Positions 17,332 through 27,336 of a DNA stretch of 64,000 nucleotides are shown piece after piece; position 1 is the stretch's first letter; each line of letters begins with the position of its first letter. The notes beneath the pieces are model-generated. The model was given only the letters and a program-made list of their open reading frames with translations. It was not told where the DNA came from and did not search any database. The DNA is from an uncultured Verrucomicrobiae bacterium (lineage in GTDB: Bacteria > Verrucomicrobiota > Verrucomicrobiia > Limisphaerales > UBA11358). Position numbers and translations under genes: made by a program. The stretch is taken from assembly GCA_963804345.1 (NCBI GenBank), contig CAWDPX010000004.1, positions 320,181-384,180 of the forward strand, in the 5' to 3' direction.

Positions 17332-19482
17332 ATGAACAAAAGAATCCTATGCACGATTGGGCCCGCCACGCGCCATCCCAAAATCCTCCGGCGACTTCAG
17401 GCCCTGGGGGTCAGCCTGTTTCGAATTAATCTCTCGCACACCAGGATTGAGGACGTCCGTCCAACCATCGCCTTTCTACAGGAACACTCGAACGTGCCGG
17501 TCTGTCTCGACAGTGAAGGCGCGCAGATTCGGACGGGCACGTTCGAGTCCGCGCCGTTGAGTCTGGATGAAAACACGTTCGTCGAAGTCCATAGTTCTCC
17601 GCCGCCCGGGAAGGAAGCGGGGCTGACGTTCACGCCGGAGAACATCTGCGACCAACTAGAGGTCGGCGACCTGATCACGATCGACTTTAACGCAGTCGTG
17701 GCGCAAGTGACCGCGCAGCAAGACGATCACGCCACCCTGCGAATCCTCAACGGCGGCCAGGTTGGCATCAACAAGGCGGTGACCGTGCATCGGGACATCG
17801 CCCTGCCCGCCATCACCCCCAAGGATCGTGAAGCCATCAGAATTGGGCGCGAGATGGGCGTGAAACATTTCGCCCTCTCGTTCGCGAATCGGGAGGATGA
17901 TGTTCTCCAAATGCGGGCTCTCATCGGCGAAGGTGCAACGCTGATTTCCAAGATTGAATCGCTCAATGGCATTGCAAATCTTGAGGGGATCGCCCGGCAT
18001 TCCGACGCCATCCTCATTGATCGCGGCGACCTTTCCCGGCAGGTCGCGCTGGCGAAGATCCCGGCACATCAGAAGGACATCATTCGTCGCGCCAAGGCCG
18101 TCGGCCGGCCGGTTTTCGTCGCCACCAATCTGCTCGAGTCCATGATTAAACTGCCCGTGCCGACGCGGGCCGAAATCAACGACATTTACAACACGCTGGC
18201 CGATGGCGCCGACGGCCTCGTTCTCGCTGCGGAAACCGCCGTCGGTCATTATCCCATTGCGTGTGCCGGCATGGTGGCGAAAGTGATCTCCGAGTTCGAG
18301 CAGGCGCATGGCGGACGCATCATCCCGGATGGATCGTTGCTTGTCCGGCCGCATGGCGGAACGCTGGTGGAACGGGTTCTTTCACGATTTGATGAAGCGG
18401 ACCTTGCGCTCCTCCCTCGGGTGGTTGTGGCCGATACCGACCTGATGGATGCGGAGCAAATTGCGCTGGGCACCTACTCGCCGCTAACCGGCTTCATGGA
18501 CCGGGCCAGCCTGACTTCCGTGCTGGAGCGGAACCGGCTCGTTGACGACACGGTGTGGACGCTGCCGATCACACTGCAGGTCAATGCGGACCATGACCGT
18601 CATCTGGCCGCGGGCGCCCGCGTTGCGCTTTGTTCCAAAGAAGGAACAGTTCACGCAATTCTGGATGTCACCGAACGCTTCGAACTCGATCCCCTGCGCC
18701 TCGTCGAAAAATGGTTTGGGACCTCCTCAACCGACCACCCGGGGGTCGCCCGCATCCTCGGTCGCGGACCCATTTTCCTGGCGGGTGAAGTAACCCTGGT
18801 CCGGCGGCTGACATCCCCCCAAAACCAGTTCATGCTAACTCCGTCGCAGACGCGGTTTCTGTTCAATCAAAAAGGCTGGGAGCGGGTCGTGGGCTTCCAC
18901 ACCCGGAATGTCGCCCATCGCGCCCACGAGCACATCCAGATCGAAGCACTAAGGCTGACCGACGCAGATGGTCTTCTAATCAGTCCGGTCATCGGCCCCA
19001 AAAAGCGCGGGGACTTTCAATCGAGCGCGGTCCTTGCCAGCTATCAGGCGTGTCTGGAGAACGGCATTTATCCCAAAAATCACGCGGTGTTAAGCGGCTT
19101 CGCCTCCTACCCGCGGTATGCCGGCCCGCGCGAAGCGGTCTTCACGGCGATCTGCCGCCAGAACATGGGCTGCAGTCATTTCATCATCGGCCGCGATCAC
19201 ACCGGCATCAAGGACTACTACAAACCCGATGACAGCCAAAGACTCTTTGAGACCGTCGGGGACATCGGCATCGTGCCGGTCTTCTTTGGCGCCATTGGCT
19301 ATGATGCAACGCGGGATTCATACGGTGAAGAATTGAACGGCCACCTCACTCCCATCAGTGGAACGGAAGTGCGGGAGGCTGTCCGCGAGGGCCGCCCGAT
19401 TCCAAACTGGATGGTGCGGCAATGCGTTCAAGATGCCCTTCGTTCCGAGCGGAAAGCTGGCCGCAGTGTGTTTGTGGAATGA
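17332..19482 (+). CDS. fusion protein: pyruvate kinase A/B-domain barrel + ATP sulfurylase (sulfate adenylyltransferase)
   Basis: PK motifs: FRINLSHT, LDSEGAQIRTG, ISKIES, IDRGDLS, ATNLLESM, PTRAEINDIYNTLADGADGLVLAAETAVGHYP. Sat motifs: RPHGGTLV, GFHTRNVAHRAHEHIQ, YAGPREAV, FIIGRDHTG. One uninterrupted ORF. Confidence 0.85.
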   Translation: MNKRILCTIGPATRHPKILRRLQALGVSLFRINLSHTRIEDVRPTIAFLQEHSNVPVCLDSEGAQIRTGTFESAPLSLDENTFVEVHSSPPPGKEAGLTFTPENICDQLEVGDLITIDFNAVVAQVTAQQDDHATLRILNGGQVGINKAVTVHRDIALPAITPKDREAIRIGREMGVKHFALSFANREDDVLQMRALIGEGATLISKIESLNGIANLEGIARHSDAILIDRGDLSRQVALAKIPAHQKDIIRRAKAVGRPVFVATNLLESMIKLPVPTRAEINDIYNTLADGADGLVLAAETAVGHYPIACAGMVAKVISEFEQAHGGRIIPDGSLLVRPHGGTLVERVLSRFDEADLALLPRVVVADTDLMDAEQIALGTYSPLTGFMDRASLTSVLERNRLVDDTVWTLPITLQVNADHDRHLAAGARVALCSKEGTVHAILDVTERFELDPLRLVEKWFGTSSTDHPGVARILGRGPIFLAGEVTLVRRLTSPQNQFMLTPSQTRFLFNQKGWERVVGFHTRNVAHRAHEHIQIEALRLTDADGLLISPVIGPKKRGDFQSSAVLASYQACLENGIYPKNHAVLSGFASYPRYAGPREAVFTAICRQNMGCSHFIIGRDHTGIKDYYKPDDSQRLFETVGDIGIVPVFFGAIGYDATRDSYGEELNGHLTPISGTEVREAVREGRPIPNWMVRQCVQDALRSERKAGRSVFVE

Positions 19483-19682
19483 TATTCGCCATCCGGTGCA
19501 AGCAGAGCGCCAATCCGACACCCCCGGGATAAATCTAGCGCGCTGCCCACCGTAAGACTGTTCGCCAGGGTGCCGTCGGCGGACAAGGGCCATGCCTTCA
19601 AACCGGTTTGATCCGGGAGACAGCTTGGAAAGAAATCGTCCAGCGGCACAAATCGTAGCTGCTGGTCTGGGCCGCCCGACGC

Positions 19683-20558
19683 TTATCTGATGAGCCGGTA
19701 GTTGCGGTGAACGCCTATTTCGACCCCGGTGCAGTCTTTGACCAGGGCCGCCACATCCTTCCAAAAATATTTGCGACGCAAACGGATCAGCGGGTTGCGG
19801 GAGGTGTACGTCCAGTTTGCAGCAGCGACAATCTCCCGCATGACGGCCGGGTGGGTGCCGGTGAACGGTTTGACTTTTTGGTCCTCCTCGTAGAATCCGT
19901 CCGGTCGGCGGCAGAGTTTTTCGACGGAGGCGTCATCGTGCCACAGGCGGGACAGGTTTTGAAGCTTGATCCGGGCCGTGTCCGGGTGCAGGGCGTGGCC
20001 ATAATGGCAGTAATGCCCGCCGGATTTCTTCACCCGGAGCTTCCGTCCGTCCAGGGTGCGGAAACCCTGGGCGTCGCCGCGCGAGCCAATGGCCGGGTCG
20101 CGCCGCACCACCCGCACTTCCTGCGGGTACCAGCCGAACGAACAGGCATGGGTCCAATAGCTGCCGTAAAAATGCGTGTAATCCACCAGCAAGCCCTGAA
20201 CCTGGGGCTGGTCATGTTCCCGCTCCATCGCGGAACGCATGGCGGGGAGCGTGTCCTCGTGCAACACTTCGTCGCCCTGGATGTAAACGCACCAATCGCC
20301 CGTGCATTGCTTCAGGGCCAGATTGGTGTGATGAGAGAGCGCCAGTCCGGCCGTGCGTTGATTCTCGTCCCATGCGGATTCGAGGATGCGGATTTTGGGA
20401 TCGTTGATTGCCCGGACGCTTTCCAGCGTGCCATCGGTCGAGTGCGGCACGTTGACGATCAGTTCGTCGCACAGCGGCAGCAACGACTTGATGGAGGCGG
20501 CAAACGGGTAGCCCAGGCTGTTGCCGTTGCGGATGAAAGTAAAGCCGCTGATTTTCAC
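19683..20558 (-). CDS. glycosyltransferase-like protein (GT2-like fold, tentative)
   Basis: ISGFTFIRNGNSLGYPFAASIKSLLPLCDELIVNVPHSTDGT...YIQGDEVLHED. Confidence 0.6.
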   Translation of the reverse strand: MKISGFTFIRNGNSLGYPFAASIKSLLPLCDELIVNVPHSTDGTLESVRAINDPKIRILESAWDENQRTAGLALSHHTNLALKQCTGDWCVYIQGDEVLHEDTLPAMRSAMEREHDQPQVQGLLVDYTHFYGSYWTHACSFGWYPQEVRVVRRDPAIGSRGDAQGFRTLDGRKLRVKKSGGHYCHYGHALHPDTARIKLQNLSRLWHDDASVEKLCRRPDGFYEEDQKVKPFTGTHPAVMREIVAAANWTYTSRNPLIRLRRKYFWKDVAALVKDCTGVEIGVHRNYRLIR

Positions 20559-20704
20559 GCGGGCAGTATTAAATTGAACCGAACCCCGCGGGACAACGAA
20601 AATTCACGCAATCTTGAGCCGGCCGGCCGCAAAAAAATCTGGTGTCCGCAGCACCCCCCGAACATATTGGCCCGGCAGCAACAATCGAAAGCCGCCGCCG
20701 CGTC

Positions 20705-21721
20705 ATGAAAATCCTGGCCATTCAATTCCGCTACTTCGGTGACGCGGCGTTGATGACGACTGCCTTGCGCGCCATCAAGGAGCATTTTCCGAATGCCGCG
20801 CTGCATGTGCTGGTGGCCGAAGAAGTTGCGCCGCTGTTCCAGCATCTGTCCTGGCTCGAACGCGTCTGGGCCTTCCCCCGCGCCCGGGGCAAGGCCAGAC
20901 TGAGACAATCCTGGCCGATCATCCGGGCTCTGCGCCGGGAACGCTTTGATCGCTCGGTGGATTTCGGAAGCGGCGACCGCAGCGCCATCATCAGCTTGTT
21001 GTGCGGCGCGCGGCAACGGCTGGCCCCCTTTTGGCCGGGCGGCTTCCTCGGTCGCCGTTATTGTTACACCCAAACCGTTCCAATTCCTGAATCATTGCAC
21101 GAGGCCCGGCGCAATTTGCATCTCCTGTCGGCCTGGGGCATCGGCCCCCCCGTTTCTTTGGAGATGGAAATCCACACCGATCCGGTGTGTGACAGTGCCG
21201 CGGCACGGCTGTTGCCGCGGCCAGCCATCCTTTGCCACCTCGCCACCGGCCAGCCCAAGAAGGAATGGCCGCTGGCCTCCTGGGCGGAATTTTATCGCCA
21301 AGCGACCGGCGCCGGCTACGAAGTGATTTTTTCCACGGGGATTTCGCCGCGCGATCAGGCCGGATTGGAGGGCTTAAAAAAACTGGCGCCGGAGGCTCCC
21401 AGCCTGCCGCCCAACCCCGACCTGGCCCTGTTTCTGGCGGTGCTCAAGCGGGCGCGGTTGTTTGTCGCTGGCGATACCGGGCCCCTGCATTTTGCCGCCG
21501 GCTTGGGGGTTCCGACCGTTGCATTGTTCGGCCCGACCTTGATCCGCCGGTGGGCACCGCTCGGCAAACAGCACCGGGTGCTGCAGGGCGGCCCATGCAC
21601 TTGCGGCGGCGAGGTGGGAGTTTGCCAAAGCGCGAGTCCCTGCATGGCGGCAATTTCGCCGGAAGCGGTGATGCAACTGGTCCGGCAAGCCCTGCCGTCA
21701 TCCCGGGTTGCGTCCAGGTAG
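20705..21721 (+). CDS. glycosyltransferase family 9 (heptosyltransferase-like)
   Basis: MKILAIQFRYFGDAALMTTALRAIKEHFP...VAGDTGPLHFAAGLGVPTVALFGPT. Confidence 0.85.
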   Translation: MKILAIQFRYFGDAALMTTALRAIKEHFPNAALHVLVAEEVAPLFQHLSWLERVWAFPRARGKARLRQSWPIIRALRRERFDRSVDFGSGDRSAIISLLCGARQRLAPFWPGGFLGRRYCYTQTVPIPESLHEARRNLHLLSAWGIGPPVSLEMEIHTDPVCDSAAARLLPRPAILCHLATGQPKKEWPLASWAEFYRQATGAGYEVIFSTGISPRDQAGLEGLKKLAPEAPSLPPNPDLALFLAVLKRARLFVAGDTGPLHFAAGLGVPTVALFGPTLIRRWAPLGKQHRVLQGGPCTCGGEVGVCQSASPCMAAISPEAVMQLVRQALPSSRVASR

Positions 21722-21868
21722 GCGAAAGAGTCCGCCAGGGAAATGGGTTGGAATGGATTTTGGCCGCCGTGCTCAGGTCGGCGACCAAGCCAAGGAAGCC
21801 CGGCGCGGCGCGCCAGGACGAAAACAAAACTTTCGCTTTTCCCCGCGGTTCGCCAAGAATACAGGCAA

Positions 21869-23698
21869 ATGACCGATTTCCTGCGCCAACTCTGGGGCTT
21901 CGTCCGGCCTTATCGCGGGCGGTTTTTTCTCGGCCTGCTCTGCGGCATTCTGTACGGCCTGACCAATGGCGCGCTGCTAGGTGCCGCCAAGGTGGTTACG
22001 GACCTGATTTTCACCGGCTCGACCAATTTCCACGAGCAGATCGCCAAACATCTGGCGAAGACACCGCACTGGATTCATCCCTTCACGGACTGGCTGGTCT
22101 CGGTGGCGCCGGAATTGCCCGCCCCCACTTCGCAACTGGGCTGGGCGCTGGTGGCGGGCGCCATTCCCGCCATCGTGCTGCTCCGCAACACACTGTCCTA
22201 CTTGAGTGTTTATCTGACGAACTGGTCGGCCATGCACGCCATCGCCGATATCCGCACAAAACTGTTCGGTCACCTGCAAAACCTTTCGCTTGGATTTTTC
22301 AACCGCGCCAGCACTGGCGATTTGATCGCGCGTATCACCAACGACACGCAGGTGCTTTACAGCATCGTCGGCAGTTCGTTTTCCTCCGCCGTCAAAGACC
22401 CGGTAACCATCCTTTGCACGCTCGTCGTCCTGCTGATCCTCCAGCCCACGTTGACGCTGGTGTCCATCGTGGTTTTTCCCGTGTGCATCGTGCCGATCAT
22501 TATTTATGGACGCAAGGTCCGCAAATCCGCGCGCGCCGTTCAGGCATACAACGCCGAACTGACCAATCTCATGCACGAGTCCTTCACCGGCAACCGTGTT
22601 ATCAAAGCCTACAACCTGGAAGCCACCGTCATCGAACAATTCAAGGCCACGACTAAAAAATACGTCAGCCAGCTCATGCGCGTCATCCGCGCCAATGAAA
22701 TTCCCAGCCAGCTCATGGAATTATTCGGGGCCACGGGAATCGCGCTGGTTTTCTTTTATGTGCAGAACCTGCCGGCCAACCAGCGGCCCAAGGCGTCGGA
22801 TTTCTTCATGTTTATCCTCGCCATCGTGGTGATTTACCCGCCCATCAAGGCGTTTACGCGGCTCTACAACCAGCTTCACCAGGCGCGCGCCGCCAGCGAA
22901 CGCGTCTTCCAGTTGCTCGCCATGAAAAATTCCGTGCCGGAACCTGCCGCGCCCAAAATGCTTCAGGCGGACCAGGCTGACATTCTGTTTGAAAACCTCG
23001 ATTTTAATTACGGCGAAAAACCGGTCCTGCACAACATCAACCTCACCGTCAAAGCCGGCCAGCTGGTTGCGCTGGTCGGCGCCAGCGGCTCCGGCAAAAC
23101 CACGCTGGCCAATTTGCTCCTGCGTTTCTACGATCCCGTGCAGGGCGCGGTTAAAATCGGCGGCGTGGATTTGCGCGACGTTTCCACGCGCGACCTGCGC
23201 AATCAAATTGCCGTCGTTGCCCAGGAAAACATTTTGTTCAACGACACCGTCCGCCGGAACATCGAGCTGGGCCGCCTCGGCGCAACGAACGACGAAATTA
23301 TCGCCGCCGCCAGACACGCCTACGCCTACGATTTCATCACACAAAAACCCGAGGGCTTCGACGCCGTCATCGGCGAGAAGGGCGTCTCCCTTTCCGGCGG
23401 CCAGCGCCAGCGCCTCGCCATCGCCCGCGCCGTCTTGAAAAACGCGCCGATTCTGGTCCTGGATGAAGCCACCAGCGCGCTCGACACCGAGTCCGAACGC
23501 GCCGTGCAGGCCGCGCTCGACGAATTAATGAAAGGCCGCACGACCATTTGCATCGCCCACCGGCTCTCGACCATTCTCCATGCCGATGTCATCGTTGTCC
23601 TGGACCAGGGCCGCATCGTGGAAACCGGCACACACACGGAATTGATCCAGCACGGCGGCATTTATCAAAAGCTGCACGAACTTCAGTTCCAAAGCTGA
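21869..23698 (+). CDS. msbA: ABC transporter permease/ATPase, MsbA-like lipid A exporter
   Basis: Six-TM N-terminal half. Walker A GASGSGKTT, signature LSGGQRQRLAIARA, Walker B ILVLDEATSALD. Confidence 0.9.
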   Translation: MTDFLRQLWGFVRPYRGRFFLGLLCGILYGLTNGALLGAAKVVTDLIFTGSTNFHEQIAKHLAKTPHWIHPFTDWLVSVAPELPAPTSQLGWALVAGAIPAIVLLRNTLSYLSVYLTNWSAMHAIADIRTKLFGHLQNLSLGFFNRASTGDLIARITNDTQVLYSIVGSSFSSAVKDPVTILCTLVVLLILQPTLTLVSIVVFPVCIVPIIIYGRKVRKSARAVQAYNAELTNLMHESFTGNRVIKAYNLEATVIEQFKATTKKYVSQLMRVIRANEIPSQLMELFGATGIALVFFYVQNLPANQRPKASDFFMFILAIVVIYPPIKAFTRLYNQLHQARAASERVFQLLAMKNSVPEPAAPKMLQADQADILFENLDFNYGEKPVLHNINLTVKAGQLVALVGASGSGKTTLANLLLRFYDPVQGAVKIGGVDLRDVSTRDLRNQIAVVAQENILFNDTVRRNIELGRLGATNDEIIAAARHAYAYDFITQKPEGFDAVIGEKGVSLSGGQRQRLAIARAVLKNAPILVLDEATSALDTESERAVQAALDELMKGRTTICIAHRLSTILHADVIVVLDQGRIVETGTHTELIQHGGIYQKLHELQFQS

Positions 23699-23919
23699 AC
23701 CCAACCGCCCCTGAAATACCAAGCCGCCAGAGAAGCCGCTTGAAATCCATGCGGTTCAGTTCCGGTGTTTTAGTGACCCCGTTCCGTTGCATTTTACCGC
23801 CGGCGTGGGCGTGCCGCCCCTGGCCCGGATCGGGGCCGCTTTGCCGGTGCTTTGGGCTCCGATTGGAGCGCGCCACCGCTTGCCAGAGCGCGAATCACTG
23901 CATAGCGGCAACTTCAACC

Positions 23920-25791
23920 CTATTTGAAAAACTCCCGGATTTCCTGCAGGGCCTGAAGAGTTTCACTGCCGGGGGTGCGGCGCGGGTCGTCCTTGGGCAG
24001 TTCATGGTCGCTCATGTCCAGGTAAAGCGTTCGCGACGGCTTGAAAATCGTGATGCTGTCTTCGTTGAACAGCGCCGTGTCCCGCCAGCCGGCGAGCAGC
24101 GCCCAGTTCCGGATTTCTTTCCCTTCGATCGGTTCCCCCGTGGTGTAGTCTCCGAGTGTGTTCGTGATGCCCATCCAGATCAACACGGACGGCGCAAAAT
24201 CCACGTGGGAAGTCACGTGGTTGATCAACCGGGGATTTTCTCCCGGCAGGTGCAGGACGCCGAACGTCTGTGTCTGAAAGCGGTTGAAGGAACTGCAGTG
24301 TCCGAAATGCCCCAATTCGCCAAATTCCTCCCCGTGATCACCAGCCACGACGATGACGGTCCGCCCGTATTCACCCCGGTCTTGGAGGGCTTTCACGATC
24401 CGGCCAATCTGCCGGTCGATATAATGGAGGGAATTCAAATAAGAGCCTTTCAAGGCCTGCGCCCCGGCGGGTGACAGCGTAAGTTTAAGATAGTTGATCT
24501 CACCGGACTTTGAGCCTTCATATAAATTGTCCTCCGGCGGATGCTCGTAAGGCTGGTGCGAGCCATCGAAGAAAAGGAACCCAAAGAACGGGTGTGCCGG
24601 AGCCGGCTGGCCGGCGCGCTCCGTCAGGTAATTGAGGAACTTGTCGGTCATCAGCCGGTCCCGGTCCAGATGGGGTGCGTTCCACTGATCCGTGATGTCG
24701 TTCGTCAGCTTCACAAAGCAGGTCTGCCGGAATTCCGGGTAGTTCAGGTCCGTGCAACTCATGATTCTGAATTCATAGCCGCAGCGGGCGAGCAGGTCGA
24801 ACCACGGCGGGCTTACGCTTTGTGCCAGCGCCCCGTGCCAGTAAGTGCCCGGGATCCCGTACAGCAGGCCGAAGATGCCAAAGCGGGTTTCGTTGCCGGT
24901 CGAAAAATGCTTCGTCAGGCGGAAGCTGTCTCCGGCGAGCTTGGAGAGATTGGGCATGGTCTTGTCGTCGAGCGCGTCAGACCGGCCGCCCTCGATGGCA
25001 ATGAACAGGATATTGGGTTCACGTGCGCCGGTCTGCAGACCCAGCGGATGTTGGGGGAGGTGGAGCGACTTCGCGCTGTCCGGCAGGACGCGTATTTCGC
25101 CGGGGGGCCGCTTGTAACCGAACCTTTTTGCCAGGTGTTTGATGGTCAGGGGCTGGTAGAGCGGCAATGTGTCGCGCACGGCCTGTACGGTTGAGTTGTC
25201 CCGCAAATCAATCACCGCAAAGGCGGTTCGTTCCAGGACCAGGGCGATGAGTATCGTTGCCAGCCCAAACCGCACCCGCCGGGGCGCCAGCCTCGGCGCC
25301 ACCCACAAGGCAAACGCCAGGCTGCCGCCGATGAGCATGAACACGATGGCAGTGGCCGTCACAACGCTGGCAGGGTCAACCCGCACACTGTCCCCGGCGC
25401 CTTTGGTGGTCAGTACGTTCCAAACCAGGCTGTCGAAATGCCGCTGAAAAAGCCGGAAGATGACGATGTCCGCGAGCAAGGACACCTGTAGCAGCGCAAA
25501 CATGAATCCCGCGAAGAGTCGCGCCCAAGTCCGGTGTCGCCAGCGGAGCAACGGCCAGGCCGTCAACAGGGCAGGCACGAGGTTTAGAAAACCGGCCTGA
25601 CTTATAATGGACAGCTCAAAGGGCACACAGACAATCCCATGAAGTCCGGTGGAAAGCCCCAGGATGTAACCCAGCTGCAACACCATCGTGAAAATGCAGT
25701 TGCTGAGATAAAGCCAGACCCACTCACGCCAGGGGCTTGGATTCGTGGCCGTGGTCATATCTCGACCGGATGCAGCGTGCATGCCTGTCAA
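23920..25791 (-). CDS. membrane-anchored sulfatase-fold protein, YejM/PbgA(LapC)-like
   Basis: Multi-TM N-terminus. HFSTGNETRFGIFGLLYGIPGTYW resembles the YejM SSGNTT..GIFGLFYGI. Also VVAGDHGEEFGE. Confidence 0.75.
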   Translation of the reverse strand: MTGMHAASGRDMTTATNPSPWREWVWLYLSNCIFTMVLQLGYILGLSTGLHGIVCVPFELSIISQAGFLNLVPALLTAWPLLRWRHRTWARLFAGFMFALLQVSLLADIVIFRLFQRHFDSLVWNVLTTKGAGDSVRVDPASVVTATAIVFMLIGGSLAFALWVAPRLAPRRVRFGLATILIALVLERTAFAVIDLRDNSTVQAVRDTLPLYQPLTIKHLAKRFGYKRPPGEIRVLPDSAKSLHLPQHPLGLQTGAREPNILFIAIEGGRSDALDDKTMPNLSKLAGDSFRLTKHFSTGNETRFGIFGLLYGIPGTYWHGALAQSVSPPWFDLLARCGYEFRIMSCTDLNYPEFRQTCFVKLTNDITDQWNAPHLDRDRLMTDKFLNYLTERAGQPAPAHPFFGFLFFDGSHQPYEHPPEDNLYEGSKSGEINYLKLTLSPAGAQALKGSYLNSLHYIDRQIGRIVKALQDRGEYGRTVIVVAGDHGEEFGELGHFGHCSSFNRFQTQTFGVLHLPGENPRLINHVTSHVDFAPSVLIWMGITNTLGDYTTGEPIEGKEIRNWALLAGWRDTALFNEDSITIFKPSRTLYLDMSDHELPKDDPRRTPGSETLQALQEIREFFK

Positions 25792-25992
25792 AAATAACCT
25801 TTGTCGGGTTTGATGTAAATATTTCCCAGATCAACTTCAGGATACGAGCCGGGCGCCACCGCCAAGTTGAGCCGCTCCATGAGCGTCACCATTTCCGATG
25901 GTTCTATGGCGATGGTCTCAGAACGCTGCTGCAACAAATCACGAATATTTGGATTGTTTATCGCCATGCAACCGGATTATTTTCACCGCGAA

Positions 25993-27105
25993 ATGGACGA
26001 CAAAATTCCCTATCTCGACCTCGTGGCGCAATTGCGCCCGCTCCGCAAAGAACTGGACGCCGCCATTGCGCGAACGATTGACCATTGCTCCTTTTGCCTC
26101 GGCCCCGACGTGGCGCAGTTTGAAAAGGACTTCGCCAAGTTCATCGGCGCGGAACACTGCGCCGGGTTCAACAGCGGCACCTCGGCATTGCACGCGGCGA
26201 TGCTGCTGCTCGGCGTCGGCCCCGGCGATGAAGTCATCACCACGCCCTTTACGTTCGTCGCCACGAGCTGGGCGATTTCCTACGTCGGCGCGAAGCCGGT
26301 CTTTGTGGACGTTGACGACGCCACCTTCAATCTCGACCCGAAGCGGGTTGAACGTGCCATCACGCCGCGCACCAAGGCCGTCATGCCGGTGCATCTCTAC
26401 GGCCATCCGTTCGACCTCGATCCGATCCTGGCAATTTGCCGTAAACACAAATTGCCGCTCGTCGAAGACGCCGCCCAATCGCATGGCGCGAAATACAAGG
26501 GCAAAATCGTCGGCACGTTTGGCGAAATTGCCTGCTTCAGCTTTTATCCGGGCAAAAACCTCGGCGCTTGCGGTGAAGGCGGCGCGCTGGTGACGAACAA
26601 CCCGGCTTTTGACAAACGCGCCCGCGCCCTGCGCGAGCATGGCTCCACCGTGCGTTATTATCACGACGAAGTTGGATACAATTACCGGATGGAAGGCATT
26701 CAAGGCGCGGTGCTCGGCGTGAAGCTGAAACATCTGGCCCAATGGACGACGGAACGCCGCCGCGTGGCGCATCGCTACCACGAACTGCTGGCGGGCACAC
26801 CGCTGCAACTGCCGCGCGAAGCTGCCTGGGCCGAAAGCGCGTATCATCTCTACGTCGTGCGCCATCCGCGCCGCGATGATTTGAAGAAACATCTCGAAGC
26901 CAACGGCGTTGGTTGCGCGCTGCATTACCCGCTGCCGCTGCACCTGCAAAAGTGCTATGCCAGCCTCGGCCACAAGCCCGGCGATTTCCCGGTGGCCGAA
27001 AAAGCCGCGCACGAATGCCTCAGCCTGCCGATTTTCCCTGAATTGACCGACCCGCAAATCCAGCGCGTGGTCGCGGTCATCAAGGATTTTTTCAAAAAGG
27101 GCTGA
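25993..27105 (+). CDS. DegT/DnrJ/EryC1/StrS-family sugar aminotransferase
   Basis: IPYLDL..., GDEVITTPFTFVAT, AVMPVHLYGHP, SFYPGKNLGACGEGG. An alternative ATG lies at 25966. Confidence 0.9.
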   Translation: MDDKIPYLDLVAQLRPLRKELDAAIARTIDHCSFCLGPDVAQFEKDFAKFIGAEHCAGFNSGTSALHAAMLLLGVGPGDEVITTPFTFVATSWAISYVGAKPVFVDVDDATFNLDPKRVERAITPRTKAVMPVHLYGHPFDLDPILAICRKHKLPLVEDAAQSHGAKYKGKIVGTFGEIACFSFYPGKNLGACGEGGALVTNNPAFDKRARALREHGSTVRYYHDEVGYNYRMEGIQGAVLGVKLKHLAQWTTERRRVAHRYHELLAGTPLQLPREAAWAESAYHLYVVRHPRRDDLKKHLEANGVGCALHYPLPLHLQKCYASLGHKPGDFPVAEKAAHECLSLPIFPELTDPQIQRVVAVIKDFFKKG

Positions 27106-27118
27106 TTGAATCGCAAAC

Positions 27119-27336
27119 ATGGAAGCCACACCGCCAGCGAACCAGACGAGCGTCGCGGAAAAATTGCGCGCGATGGAATCGCTTTGGGCCGGCGCGAGCC
27201 GGGACGACGCGCAATTCGAGTCGCCCGCGTGACGAGGCGATGTCCTGCGCGACCGCGAGGAACATGTCAAGCCCGGTCGGGAATCGTTCATGGATTGGGA
27301 AGCCGCCAAAAAACAATCGCGCGAACGGCTCACATG
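27119..27336 (+). pseudogene. addiction-module antitoxin (putative addiction module component family) with in-frame TGA
   Basis: MEATPPANQTSVAEKLRAMESLWAGASRDDAQFESPA*RGDVLRDREEHVKPGRESFMDWEAAKKQ. The TGA at 27230 sits where this family usually has Trp. Confidence 0.55.

Noticed and set aside
21232-22656. 474-aa plus-strand ORF spanning the GT9/msbA junction
   Set aside because: It is an alternative frame of two well-supported genes and is Arg/Pro/Gly-rich.
27230-27232. TGA possibly recoded as Trp (also at ~58817 in the Ig-like gene)
   Set aside because: Both TGAs sit where Trp is expected. However, core genes such as ffh and argH end in TGA, and both affected genes carry other lesions. TGG-to-TGA decay mutations are the simpler explanation.
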